A DNA stretch of 64,000 nt, from positions 4,074 through 68,073 of the forward strand of contig CAJTNT010000023.1 in NCBI GenBank assembly GCA_910577785.1. The letters are read 5' to 3'. The translations under genes were made by a program, and so were the position numbers. The notes below the pieces were generated by a model, which was given only the letters and a program-made list of their open reading frames with translations, did not search any database and had not been told where the DNA came from. Numbering within the stretch: position 1 is the first letter of the stretch; each line of letters opens with the position of its first letter. Positions 8,801-17,621 of the stretch are shown here, piece by piece. Origin of the DNA: an uncultured Lachnospiraceae bacterium (GTDB lineage: Bacteria > Bacillota > Clostridia > Lachnospirales > Lachnospiraceae).

Positions 8801-11119
8801 GGGCAGTGTGACATACCAGCCATTGTCTGCGGATTCGATCGTCCCCTTGTCCTGTAAGTAATGGTCTGTTTCTGTAAGCCAGAAATGGAGGGAGTCAGCT
8901 GTCACCGCCATATCCTGCGTATTAATAAAGAAGGATTTCGGATTCCTGGTGTTGTTGACAAACACAACAGAGAAATCCTTTTTATCTGGGGAAGCCAATG
9001 TCAGGCAGCCTGCGTTGCCGTTGATGCCGGCGGTGGCATGCTCATTGTCAGACCCCGCAAAGGCGTTGATGGTAGCTCCCGGAATAGCGCGCCAGATATC
9101 GTTCTGGCTGGGATCGCTGTCCTCCCATCCGGTCTTGGCAAATTTTGCAAAGTGTTCCAGCATGGAAAGCGCCGGGTCATAGTGTATGTAGCCGCTCCAG
9201 GGATCCCTTGCGCTCAGCAGTTCCTTGTGGCCGTACTGGATGCCCTCGTAGAAGGAGCCGATGGCCGGCTGGAAAATATAATGGGTACGGCGGGAGGAGG
9301 CAAAGGCCGTGATAAAGCTGTCCATCAGTGCCAGCGGGCTCTGGTAGCCGCCGATGCTGTTGGCGCCATAAGCAATGGTCTTATTTTCCTGCAGTTCAGA
9401 ATAGCCAAAGGTGGCGCAGCCTTCGCTGTACCATACTTCCTTGTCGTCCGTATCCGCCATGCGCACATAGTCGTCGGTGGCATTGGTACGGTAATGGAAG
9501 CCAATGATGTCTACGGCATGGTAGAGATCCTCGTCAGCCCTCATATTGGGGACGATTTTCAGCCCCTTATTCTCATCGGAGGCAATGATGCGGATTCCCT
9601 TATATGCTGCCTGGGCTGCCGCGTCCATGTAATCTGGGAAATCTGTCTCGCCCTTTACGCGGTTGGAGAACCATTTGATAAATGCATTGTCTGGGTTCCC
9701 AGTCTCGTTCTTGTCTGGGTTTACGAAGTCCACAACATAGCCATATTTCTCATAAGCGTCAAAAATGGTCTCTTTATACCATTTGTACATGGCTTCATAG
9801 CCCTGGTTGTTGGTATTGTTGTCCCATTTTTCCTTGACCCAGTTGGGCATCTCCCAGCGCAGGATGCTAATCTTCACATTGGGGTTGATCTTCTTGGCGT
9901 CCGCCGCCATCACGAAGCCTGGGGAGCGGGAAGCATCCGCCGCTTCGCCCTCATAGCGCATGGTGCAGGCCTCAGCCCCTGTGGAGTTGTTGCCGTCATT
10001 GCCCATTTCCATTTTGATATGGGTAAATAAGGGGTACTGGCCGCCGAACAGGTACTGCATCATCTCATCGTAGGCGGCTGGGTTCTCATATTTGTAGTCC
10101 AGAAGCAGGTTGCTGGTGCTGTTGCCGTTGAGCATGCCGAAGCCCTTGTAAGCGAGCCCGTTCGGCTTGGCCGTCGCTGCGTCCACATCGCTGCCCTTGA
10201 TGGTAACATTGACGGAGGAGCCGATGTCTGCCGGCAGGTTGTCCTTCTGGTATTTGCGGTAAGCGGTCTCTGTAATGGCTGTCGTGTTGTCAAGGACAGA
10301 ATTGCCAACGACCAGGTTGTCATAAATGCCTTCCTGTAAATAACTGGTGCCAAACGTACGGGCAATCATGGCAGTCAGGTTATCCATTGTGCTGAGCTTA
10401 AAGCCGATGTCAGCCACTTCGGCGGATTTCTGCCCATTGACATAGACAATGATATGGCCGTTGCCGTTGTTGGCCTCTTCATAAGTCATGGCAACGGCGT
10501 TCCATCCGTCCTTGGCTACGCCGGCCAGGTCGGTCTTGTTGGTCGATTTGCCGCCGTCATGCCCGCCATACCCCAGCTGGCCGGCATACGTCAGCAGATG
10601 GATGCTGTTGTCAGCCGTGCCGATGGTCATGGCCGTACGCTGTTCTGTGACATTTGCATCACCGGAAGGCGGATCCTGGCGTACATCAAACAGTACGGTA
10701 AATGCCGTTGTCTTGAACAGGCTGGCAGCATTGTTGAACGATGCATAATAGCCGTTCTGATTGTTCCAATGGGATGCCACCTGAATGGTCTTGCCGCAGC
10801 CATTCATCTGGGCAGCCGTAGCGCCGGCAGCCAGGGTCAGGCCATCGCCTTCTTCTAAGGCCTCGCTGAAACCCTCGGGCAAGGTAGGCTTGGACGGGGC
10901 GGCTGTGCCAGGATCTGAGGCATAGGGGACAGCTTCCTGGGCGCTCTGCGTCTCAGCAGCTTCAGCTTTCTGGGCGGTCTGCGTCTCAGCAGCTTCCTGG
11001 GCAGGCTGCGTCCCTGTGTCGCCAGGTTCCGTAGCATATGCCCTTAGGCCAGATGCAGGCGAGGCTGCCAGCGTGAAAGCCAACGCCAGGCTAAGAAGTT
11101 TGGTTGCTCTGTTTTTCAT
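5885..11119 (-). CDS. secreted multidomain glycoside hydrolase, GH59-like catalytic core (LamG-like, GH59, lectin/CBM-like modules, Cys/His repeats, 2x Fn3)
   Basis: 1744 aa with signal peptide MKNRATKLLSLALAFTLAASPASG. The core aligns by eye to galactocerebrosidase-type GH59: GFGMLNGNSTSNLLLDY, HIKMEMGNDGNNSTG, RIIASDEN, VDIIGFHY, VWYSEGC, DPWSGYIHY. The C-terminal Fn3-like repeats contain SWKKISGVNGYYLQRK and LKWSRNTKASGYQIQYS. Confidence 0.8.
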   Translation of the reverse strand: MKNRATKLLSLALAFTLAASPASGLRAYATEPGDTGTQPAQEAAETQTAQKAEAAETQSAQEAVPYASDPGTAAPSKPTLPEGFSEALEEGDGLTLAAGATAAQMNGCGKTIQVASHWNNQNGYYASFNNAASLFKTTAFTVLFDVRQDPPSGDANVTEQRTAMTIGTADNSIHLLTYAGQLGYGGHDGGKSTNKTDLAGVAKDGWNAVAMTYEEANNGNGHIIVYVNGQKSAEVADIGFKLSTMDNLTAMIARTFGTSYLQEGIYDNLVVGNSVLDNTTAITETAYRKYQKDNLPADIGSSVNVTIKGSDVDAATAKPNGLAYKGFGMLNGNSTSNLLLDYKYENPAAYDEMMQYLFGGQYPLFTHIKMEMGNDGNNSTGAEACTMRYEGEAADASRSPGFVMAADAKKINPNVKISILRWEMPNWVKEKWDNNTNNQGYEAMYKWYKETIFDAYEKYGYVVDFVNPDKNETGNPDNAFIKWFSNRVKGETDFPDYMDAAAQAAYKGIRIIASDENKGLKIVPNMRADEDLYHAVDIIGFHYRTNATDDYVRMADTDDKEVWYSEGCATFGYSELQENKTIAYGANSIGGYQSPLALMDSFITAFASSRRTHYIFQPAIGSFYEGIQYGHKELLSARDPWSGYIHYDPALSMLEHFAKFAKTGWEDSDPSQNDIWRAIPGATINAFAGSDNEHATAGINGNAGCLTLASPDKKDFSVVFVNNTRNPKSFFINTQDMAVTADSLHFWLTETDHYLQDKGTIESADNGWYVTLPAYSIATATTLDTDPGNVPKEDIHNQDRAVLDTDASGHTNGVTDDKVLYADNFEYAEEPDGYLQERGNEPRYMLDTHGAWIVENGELKQELASAVPQWNGGDPSTIVGDFRWMDYSTSVDIRIPNASSNAYARLTVRSQTGMNWNNSGYTLNLNGAGKWELYRIGAKVDSGSVATNADGKYKVSMMALGGMVAVLINGETVATYQDPVPMLSGRVKLSSSWSQVYFDNLLIETIDGGIPYALSMVDGQDDSVSYEGAWDINNPGSGSADNWYRTMSVTSAANASFSFPITGAGFSILGTNDGSATLDVFVDGIKAAENAATLASPARGETYTLSGLEHGQHTIQVVVKSGALNIDALYALGSRLAVNDDVLVSVKTELPAIDTLVTGTSAQDLELPEQVEVETAAGQTVKKNIRWNLSDQHFEGKEFQQASIIGTIEGGVTALGLPLTASIPVNMVIPGNTVYFIDSVDGTPAANATTEPFAAVKAALGDKLLNQASDQFKADNNSWGLVDQDAGTKSHNGTADMMATGLYGANNTQGETLSYAFTLPAGEYKLISGHREWWNMDRPMKATLTMDGKSADAGTLGLNGSSGDIINTFAFAVPTAQTLTYTITCTGSQAPVISFLAVIRTSGQAHVHETAYRNNGNGTHSIVCKDCGFIISTENHSCTYKDNNNGTHTVSCKDCDFRNETSHSYTCKDNGNGTHTSTCADCGSAATESHTYANGSCSLCGAKEPAAHQHSYTYKDNKDGKTHTASCKDGDDTRIENHTFQGNTCSRCGYKKPASVTKPKKGTLSATSNVSKGIKISWKKISGVNGYYLQRKAGNGSWQTAKKITKASTTSWTDTKANKNGTKYQYRVCAYKGSVKGSYSSIKSIFRLSANKISRAANAKERKISLKWSRNTKASGYQIQYSTSKKFKGAKTVKVSGNSKISKTLSSGIKKGKTYYVRIRCYKKSGKVTSYSVWSKTGRVKIKR

Positions 11120-11361
11120 ATTAGTCCCTCCTGAAATAAATGATAGTAGGCAGATATAACCGAGAAATTTAATCGCTTTAAAAATCCATGGATGGTATCT
11201 TGCCTTTGGTGGAAAATATAGCAGTATGGATGGTATAGGTACGTTTTCAGTATATAATAACGGAGGGAGCGTTGTAAATGTAATTTATTTCATTATTCTG
11301 AAATATTTTATTCTATCATTACTAATATGACGGAATGAGAACGGTTCATGGCAGTACGGAC

Positions 11362-11582
11362 GCTGATTCAGGCAAGCCATCCCCCACACAGACGGAGCAA
11401 CATTCCGGCAAACTAATCGCTAAGGGAGGCGTATCCCCGGATAGAAAGTATAGGACAGTACTATGCGCATTCAGGAGAGCCTTCATGCGCAGCCTCCCTA
11501 AGCGCTGGATTTCGCCTCCATTAAAACCGCTCCTGAATTGTCTGCTTAGGGGGATGGCTTGCCTAAACCAGCTGGTTTAGGC
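11362..11582. repeat. ~220-bp long imperfect palindrome / MITE-like structured element
   Basis: The outer arms GCTGATTCAGGCAAGCCATCCCCC (11362-11385) and GGGGGATGGCTTGCCTAAACCAGC (11549-11572) are reverse complements, with a 16-bp perfect core. Nested inner pairings are CGCTAAGGGAGGC/GCCTCCCTAAGCG and TGCGCAT/ATGCGCA. The right end forms a perfect 22-bp palindrome GCCTAAACCAGCTGGTTTAGGC (11561-11582). Confidence 0.7.
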
Positions 11583-11648
11583 CATGGAAGTCCATATTAC
11601 AAGTAAAGAACGTTTTCATACAGGAAAATGTAACACTTTTCAATTTAT

Positions 11649-11804
11649 AGCGGAGGAAGTGGGGAGGCCGCATAAAGAAACCCTAAAGGAACGCCAGTAC
11701 TTAGCGAGGTGTTTTCGAGCTTAGTACTGCTGCGTTCCGATCGGAGCGGGAGCGCGTTTCTGTTGCGGCCTCCCCACTTCCGTAGCGTTCCGTATGGCCA
11801 TTCC
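11649..11804. repeat. structured GC-rich intergenic repeat (family member, long form)
   Basis: An 18-bp stem pairs GGAAGTGGGGAGGCCGCA (11655-11672) with TGCGGCCTCCCCACTTCC (11764-11781). It encloses a second long hairpin (GGAACGCCAGTACTTAGC ... GCTTAGTACTGCTGCGTTCC). The 3' tail GCGTTCCGTATGGCCATTCC (11785-11804) recurs exactly at 26190-26209. Confidence 0.75.
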
Positions 11805-12017
11805 TCCACTTTCAAAATCAAGTTTTGGTTTTTCGGACAATCTCGCCCCACAAAAGGTAACCTTAAATATTTTCTATAACCTTAAATAAGTTTCCTGTTT
11901 TCCACAAGCTATCCTTGTTATAATACCTATGGTACATTTTGGCGTTCCGGCGCTGCCGGCCTGGGGTATGGCAGGTAAGGCAGAGGCAGCGCTGGCGAGA
12001 GGAAAAGGAGGGATGAT

Positions 12018-15000
12018 ATGTTACTGAAAAAGCTACATAAGGCAGTGGGGCTGTTGCTGGCCGGCGCCATGCTCATTACGGCTGTCCCCGCTACGCCCCT
12101 GACCGTAACGGCAGAGTCAAGGATGGCATGGGAGGACAAGGAAAACCCGACATTGCGGGATTATGCAACGCCTTCTGTAAGTTATGTCGGCTGGGGGGCT
12201 GGGGCAGACAGATTTGCAGACGAGGATATGGGGAGTTTCTGGAACGGGCACAGTGATCCGGAGCTTGCCAATTATGACCAATGGATGATGTATGACTTTG
12301 GCGAGCGCAAAGCAGAAATCACTGGATCGGACATTACGTTTTATGATGATGGCGGCGGGGTTATTACTCCTACCAATATTACCATCGAATATGCCGCAGC
12401 AGACGGCAGCTGGCAGGAAGTTACCCAAAAGGGCGAATGGGTTTTCAAGAAGAACGAGACGGTTACCTATGAATTTGAGCCAGTCACCACATCGAAAATC
12501 CGCGTGACTATGGAGCATGCGCGCCTGAATAATGTAAAGGTAGCTGTGGCTGTCTATGATTGGAAGCTTTTGGGCGATGTGCCGGAGGACTTCCCAAAGC
12601 CGACGCCCGTGGAGCCGGAGCAACCCAGCGAAGATCTGAAACTGCCGGATGCAGCTGTCTATGCCATGCCAAGCTCGGACTATACGTCGGACTGGGAGAA
12701 TGTATATGGCATTAACAATGCTGATTTTGAGCCGACAAGCTCTGACGCAGGGACGGGCAAAGGCTGGGGCAACTGGCCGCAGCAGGCAGGCAGCGAGCAC
12801 TGGCTCCAATATACCTGGGATGCTGATGTGACGGCAAAGACTTTCCAGGTGTACTGGTATGGCAGTGATGCGGGGATGAAGCTTCCGGCCAGAGTCAGAT
12901 TTGAGTATCAGGATGCGGATGGGAAGTGGCAGGACGCCAAGCTGGTTTCCGACAGCAGGAATTTCCTCAAATATAACAAATACAACCAGATTACAATTGA
13001 AGAAGTGACGACGAAAGCAATCCGCATGTACATGACGGTAGCCGGTGACAGCAATGGCGTGTACCGCTGGAAAGTACATTCCAATATCAGCGATGATTTT
13101 GTTGTGTCCGCGGCAGGCAGCAGCCTGGTTATCCCAGAGGTCAAGGAGGGGCGGGTATCCAGCCGTATCTACAAGACTCTGACTCTGCCAACCAAAGCAA
13201 TGAATAACTTGGTGGACGTTTCCTGGAAGAGCGGCAACACGGCTGTTGTTTCGGATGATGGGAAGATTAGCCCCCCATCCCAGGATACGGAGGTTACCCT
13301 CACCGCAACCTGCACCCTGGCTTTGGATCCGTCTATCCGAAAGGAAAAGGACGTCAAATTCCTGGTTTTATCGGACAAGACGACAGAATATGCCATGACC
13401 ATTGACCAGGAGGACAGGGGCGTGGACATCAGCCAGGAGCTGTACGGCGTGTTCTATGAGGACATAAACAGTTCGGCAGACGGCGGCCTTTCCAGCGAGC
13501 TGGTGAAGAACAATTCTTTTGAAAATTACCAGAATATACATTCCACGACATCCCCGGAAGTGAAAGGGAACCAGGCTTCCTGGAAACTGCATTGGGACAG
13601 CGCCAGCAGCGCGAATTTCGTAGTGGAGAGAACGGCAGGCTTAAATGACAACAACAAGAACTATGCCAAGATTACAGGGAACCAGACCCTGTCCAACCAT
13701 GGTTTTGTCGGCAGGGCGACCCTGGATAAATCTGCAATGGCCATCCGCAAGGATGCAGAGTATGCGTTTTCGATGTTTATGAAGGCAGACAGCACATATG
13801 CCGGTACCGTGAAGGTTAAGGTGGTAGACGACGGCGGGGCGGCGCTGACCAATGAGGCGGCGCTGGAACTGAAGAAGGACGGCACATGGCAGAAGGTTTC
13901 CGCCTCCCTGACCGGAAGTGATACCAGGCTGGGGACGCTCGTGCTGACTTTTGAAGGGGCAGGCGCAGCGGACGCCATGTACATTGACATGGTTTCCCTG
14001 ATCCCGAAAGACAGTTATGGCTATGGCAACAAGAATTATTCTTATGGCGCAGGCCTCCGCAAAGACCTTGTGGAGAAGCTGCAGCAGCTGAACCCCAGCT
14101 TTATCCGTTTCCCCGGCGGCTGTGTCGTGGAAGGAAGCTATGGCACGGACGGGTATTACAACTGGGAAGATTCCGTAGGCCCGCTGGAAGCCAGGAGGGC
14201 AATCGGCAGCTACTGGGGCAGCCCTTGGAAATCCGTAAACTATGGAACAGCACAGGATAAGTATGGCTATATGATGTCCTATCAGTTTGGCTACCATGAA
14301 ATCCTCACCCTCTGCGAAGATTTGGGGGCGCAGGCCTTCCCCATCCTCAGCGCGGGCATTTTCTGCCAGTTTACGGAGGCGTCATCCGCATCCTTCAGCG
14401 GGGAAGCCCTAAAGCCGTTTGCAGACCACGCCACCCATCTGATTGATTACTGCTGGGGCGACCCCGATAGTTCTGACGCCACCCAGGCCTACTGGGCCAA
14501 GAAACGTGTGGAGAACGGCCATGCGGCAGCCTTTGACCTCAATTATCTTGGGATTGGCAATGAGAACTGGGAAGAGCCTGCCAAAGGCGTTTCCTATTTT
14601 GCCAACTTTACCTGGATTAAGAATTATGTAGAAGATTATATAAAAGCACATTATCCAGGCCGTAAGCTGACGCTGATTTCCTCCACCGGCCCCTACTACC
14701 AGGGCGGACAGGGGACGCAGGCCTGGAACTGGGTCAACAGCTCCATGCCAGGAGAGACGCTGGTGGATGAGCATTATTACATTAACTATGCTGGAGATAG
14801 CGGCAATACCCTTCTCAATGGCGATTATATCTATGATGGTTACAAACGCCTGGAAGAAGGCGGCAGCAACGTGTTTGTAGGCGAGTATGCAGGGCATCTG
14901 ACCACCACCAAGGAAAACGTGCTGGATACTGCCATCAGCGAGGCTGCCTATATGACAGGCATTGAGCGGAATGCGGATATTGTGCGCCATGCTTCCTACG

Positions 15001-16385
15001 CCCCCCTCTTTGAGCGGGAAGGCTGCCGGGACTGGGACTATAATCTGATTAAATTTGACGCATACAGCAGTTATGGTACGCCCAGCTACTATGTGCAGAC
15101 CATGTATTCCAATAACTATGGCAAGCACATCCTCAATACAACCCTGGAGAAATACAACAGCCAGACCGGCGTTTACGACAAGAAACCAGGCCACCAGACA
15201 GAACTGTACTATGTGACGTCCGAGGATGAGGAAAACATTTATACGAAGCTGGTCAACCATGATGATTTTGCCAAAGAGATTACCCTGAATTACCCAGGCA
15301 TCCAGGATGGCACAAAAGTAGAGCTGATCCGCCTGTCCGGCAATGCCATGGATAAAAACACCATCACGGAGCAGACGAAGATTGCGCCAGTTACCACGGA
15401 GACAGTCCTCAACGGCGGGAGCATGACCTATGTGGCGCCTGCAATGTCCCTTACCGTTGTAAAAGTGAAATACAATGAGGGCGGCCAGCCTGCCCAGGCA
15501 GATAAGACGGCGCTGGAGAGCCTGGTAAATAGCATAGAAGAGAAGCTAAAAGGCCTGACACAGTCAGACTACACGGCAGAAAGCTGGAGCAGCCTGCAGT
15601 CTGCGCTGGCATCCGCCAAGAGTGCATTAGGAAATGCAGAAGCTGCGCAGGAGCAGGTGGACACAGCGAAGGCGGCGCTGGAAGAAGCCAATCGCAAGTT
15701 AGAGAAAAAGCCCGTTGTTGTGCCGGCCGTAGATAAGACAAAGCTGAACAGCACGATTAATTCCGCGAAGAAGTATAAGAAGGACAATTACACAGCAGCA
15801 ACCTGGAAAACCTTCAGCACAGCGTTAAGCGCTGCCAAGAAGGTCGCGTCTAATAAGGATGCCGCCCAAAGACAGGTAGACGATGCCAACAGCAAGCTGC
15901 AGAAGGCCATCAAGGCTCTCGTGAAGCTGCGGGTAACCGCCACCAAGAAAGCTACTTTTGGCAAAGGAGAGAAATATTCTGTTGCCGCCAAGAACTGTAC
16001 TTATACAACAACAAATAAAAAAGTCGCCGCGGTAAGCAGCAAAGGCGCAGTTGTGATGAAGGGAACCGGAAAAGCTACCATCAAGGCAATTAATAAGAAT
16101 GGCAAGGTAACCGTTTATTATTTCACTGTCAAGAAAGCGCCTGCCAAGATCAGCAAAGTAACCCCTTCCAAGAAGACTCTGAAGAGGGGCAAGAAGATTA
16201 CTCTGAAGGTGGTTCTGCCCAGCGGCACAGCCAGCAATAAGATGACCTTTACCTCTTCCAATAAAAAGGTTGCCACTGTAAATGCCAAAGGCGTTGTGAC
16301 AGCAAAGAAAAAGAAGGGGAAAGCAATCATTACCGTTAAGACCTTTAATGGCAAGAAGAAGAAAGTTACAATTACGGTAAAATAG
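12018..16385 (+). CDS. secreted multidomain alpha-L-arabinofuranosidase-like glycoside hydrolase (F5/8-type C/CBM modules, GH51-like core, FIVAR-like helices, Big_2 repeats)
   Basis: 1455 aa with RBS AAAAGGAGGG and signal-like N-terminus LLLAGAMLITAVPATPLTVTA. GH51-like blocks are FIRFPGGCVVEGS, YNWEDSVGPLEARR, LGIGNENWE and VFVGEYAG. Three-helix repeats (SDYTAESWSSLQSAL, DNYTAATWKTFSTAL) are followed by Big_2-like repeats (ATIKAINKNGKVTVYYFTV, AIITVKTFNGKKKKVTITV). Confidence 0.8.
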   Translation: MLLKKLHKAVGLLLAGAMLITAVPATPLTVTAESRMAWEDKENPTLRDYATPSVSYVGWGAGADRFADEDMGSFWNGHSDPELANYDQWMMYDFGERKAEITGSDITFYDDGGGVITPTNITIEYAAADGSWQEVTQKGEWVFKKNETVTYEFEPVTTSKIRVTMEHARLNNVKVAVAVYDWKLLGDVPEDFPKPTPVEPEQPSEDLKLPDAAVYAMPSSDYTSDWENVYGINNADFEPTSSDAGTGKGWGNWPQQAGSEHWLQYTWDADVTAKTFQVYWYGSDAGMKLPARVRFEYQDADGKWQDAKLVSDSRNFLKYNKYNQITIEEVTTKAIRMYMTVAGDSNGVYRWKVHSNISDDFVVSAAGSSLVIPEVKEGRVSSRIYKTLTLPTKAMNNLVDVSWKSGNTAVVSDDGKISPPSQDTEVTLTATCTLALDPSIRKEKDVKFLVLSDKTTEYAMTIDQEDRGVDISQELYGVFYEDINSSADGGLSSELVKNNSFENYQNIHSTTSPEVKGNQASWKLHWDSASSANFVVERTAGLNDNNKNYAKITGNQTLSNHGFVGRATLDKSAMAIRKDAEYAFSMFMKADSTYAGTVKVKVVDDGGAALTNEAALELKKDGTWQKVSASLTGSDTRLGTLVLTFEGAGAADAMYIDMVSLIPKDSYGYGNKNYSYGAGLRKDLVEKLQQLNPSFIRFPGGCVVEGSYGTDGYYNWEDSVGPLEARRAIGSYWGSPWKSVNYGTAQDKYGYMMSYQFGYHEILTLCEDLGAQAFPILSAGIFCQFTEASSASFSGEALKPFADHATHLIDYCWGDPDSSDATQAYWAKKRVENGHAAAFDLNYLGIGNENWEEPAKGVSYFANFTWIKNYVEDYIKAHYPGRKLTLISSTGPYYQGGQGTQAWNWVNSSMPGETLVDEHYYINYAGDSGNTLLNGDYIYDGYKRLEEGGSNVFVGEYAGHLTTTKENVLDTAISEAAYMTGIERNADIVRHASYAPLFEREGCRDWDYNLIKFDAYSSYGTPSYYVQTMYSNNYGKHILNTTLEKYNSQTGVYDKKPGHQTELYYVTSEDEENIYTKLVNHDDFAKEITLNYPGIQDGTKVELIRLSGNAMDKNTITEQTKIAPVTTETVLNGGSMTYVAPAMSLTVVKVKYNEGGQPAQADKTALESLVNSIEEKLKGLTQSDYTAESWSSLQSALASAKSALGNAEAAQEQVDTAKAALEEANRKLEKKPVVVPAVDKTKLNSTINSAKKYKKDNYTAATWKTFSTALSAAKKVASNKDAAQRQVDDANSKLQKAIKALVKLRVTATKKATFGKGEKYSVAAKNCTYTTTNKKVAAVSSKGAVVMKGTGKATIKAINKNGKVTVYYFTVKKAPAKISKVTPSKKTLKRGKKITLKVVLPSGTASNKMTFTSSNKKVATVNAKGVVTAKKKKGKAIITVKTFNGKKKKVTITVK

Positions 16386-16422
16386 CCATAAAGATTTGGA
16401 AGCGTTACAGAGAACAGCCAGG

Positions 16423-16460
16423 CCAGCCACAGGAAGTCTATCCTGTGGCTGGCTGATTTT
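16423..16460 (+). terminator. rho-independent terminator after the GH51-like gene
   Basis: CCAGCCACAGGA-AGTCTA-TCCTGTGGCTGG forms a 12-bp stem, followed by CTGATTTTT. Confidence 0.8.
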
Positions 16461-16519
16461 TACATTGAGTAATCAGCCAGGATGTGTTAGAATATAAAAA
16501 AAACGGAGGGAATGCAGTT

Positions 16520-17443
16520 ATGAATATTCCAATGAATCGAAAACCTCCCATAAGGCTGGGGGAACTGGCGTCATCCATGGGGAGGAATGTGCGTAAGCCC
16601 CACAGGCTTGAGAAATCTTTACAGACAGCCCGCCCAGGGATAGGCAGGGATTTGCCAACCAACTCTCTGGCACAGCCAGTCCGTTCCAGCGCAGGATCGA
16701 GCACGCAGGCTAACCGGCCTGTCCGCCCGGCAGCGTCATCACATCCGTCAGCGGCAGCTCGCCCGTCAGCGCCGTCACATCCGTCAGCGGCAGGCCGCCC
16801 GTCAGCGGCAGCCCGTTCGTCAGCGCCGCCGTCTCCATCTGCGCCGACACGTCCAGCCACACCGCCAAGGCCTAAGAATCTTGCGGGCACAAGGCTGCAG
16901 AAAGGCCAGAAGGTGTCCCTGGCAGAAAATGGCCGCTCCTTTTCCCAGCTGGAAGTCTCCCTTGGCTGGAATGCCAAAAACCCTGCCTGTGACCTGGATG
17001 CCTCCGCCTTTTTATTGGCAGGCAACAACAAGGTGGTAGGGGACGAGTGGTTTGTATTTTATGGGCAGGAGCAAAGCCCGGACGGCAGCGTCGTACACCG
17101 TGGCGACAGTGCGGGCGGTGTAGGAGAGACGCTTGCTGTGGATTTAGGCAGGATGGACGCCCGCGTGAAGAAAATCGTATTTATCATCACCATCAATGAA
17201 GCCTTAAGGCAGGGACTGAACTTTGGCATGGTGTCCGATGCCTACATCCAGCTGCGGAGCCCGGCGGCCGGAAAGGGAATCTTGCATTTTGAGCTGGAAG
17301 AGTATTACAGCAACGTCACATCCATGATGGTGGGCGAATTATATGAGAGGAATGGGGAATGGAAGTTCCATGCCATTGGGAACGGCGTGGCCAGGGATTT
17401 GGCAGGCCTGTGTGAGCTATATGGCGTAAATGTATCCGGCTAA
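16520..17443 (+). CDS. TerD-domain stress protein with ~130-aa Pro/Ser/Ala-rich N-terminal extension
   Basis: I set the start at ATG 16520 (ACGGAGGG upstream). The C-terminal ~180 aa is a TerD/CAPAB-type domain: KGQKVSL, LEVSLGWN, CDLDASAFLL, DEWFVFYGQ, GDSAGGVGETLAVDL, KKIVFIITI, MVGELYERNGEWKFHAIG. The N-terminal region includes a 36-nt tandem duplication at 16739-16810. Confidence 0.85.
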   Translation: MNIPMNRKPPIRLGELASSMGRNVRKPHRLEKSLQTARPGIGRDLPTNSLAQPVRSSAGSSTQANRPVRPAASSHPSAAARPSAPSHPSAAGRPSAAARSSAPPSPSAPTRPATPPRPKNLAGTRLQKGQKVSLAENGRSFSQLEVSLGWNAKNPACDLDASAFLLAGNNKVVGDEWFVFYGQEQSPDGSVVHRGDSAGGVGETLAVDLGRMDARVKKIVFIITINEALRQGLNFGMVSDAYIQLRSPAAGKGILHFELEEYYSNVTSMMVGELYERNGEWKFHAIGNGVARDLAGLCELYGVNVSG

Positions 17444-17472
17444 AGGGGCTTTGTCATAGTTGATACCCCAAG

Positions 17473-17563
17473 GGCGCCCCGTAGCCCATGTGGGTAGATT
17501 GCCAGCCCGGCAATGGCAACAGCCCCCCTGGAAGGCGCCCCGTAGCCCATGTGGGTAGATTGC
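17473..17563. repeat. two exact 30-bp direct repeats separated by 31 bp
   Basis: GGCGCCCCGTAGCCCATGTGGGTAGATTGC occurs at 17473-17502 and again at 17534-17563. Both copies lie in the 178-bp TerD-AIM24 intergenic spacer. Confidence 0.9.
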
Positions 17564-17621
17564 TCACGGGAATCATCCATAAATTTAACAGATAGGCATA
17601 ATATAGAAAGCGGAGGTTGTA

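Noticed and set aside
11335-11580. 81-aa ORF in the GH59/GH51 intergenic region.
   Set aside because: It coincides with the ~220-bp nested palindrome. It has no RBS, and its sequence is dictated by the inverted-repeat structure.
17473-17563. Calling the 30/31/30-bp repeat-spacer-repeat a CRISPR array.
   Set aside because: There are only two repeats, no degenerate third repeat in the flanks, no leader-like AT-rich region and no cas genes in 64 kb. I kept it as an unexplained direct repeat rather than a CRISPR feature.
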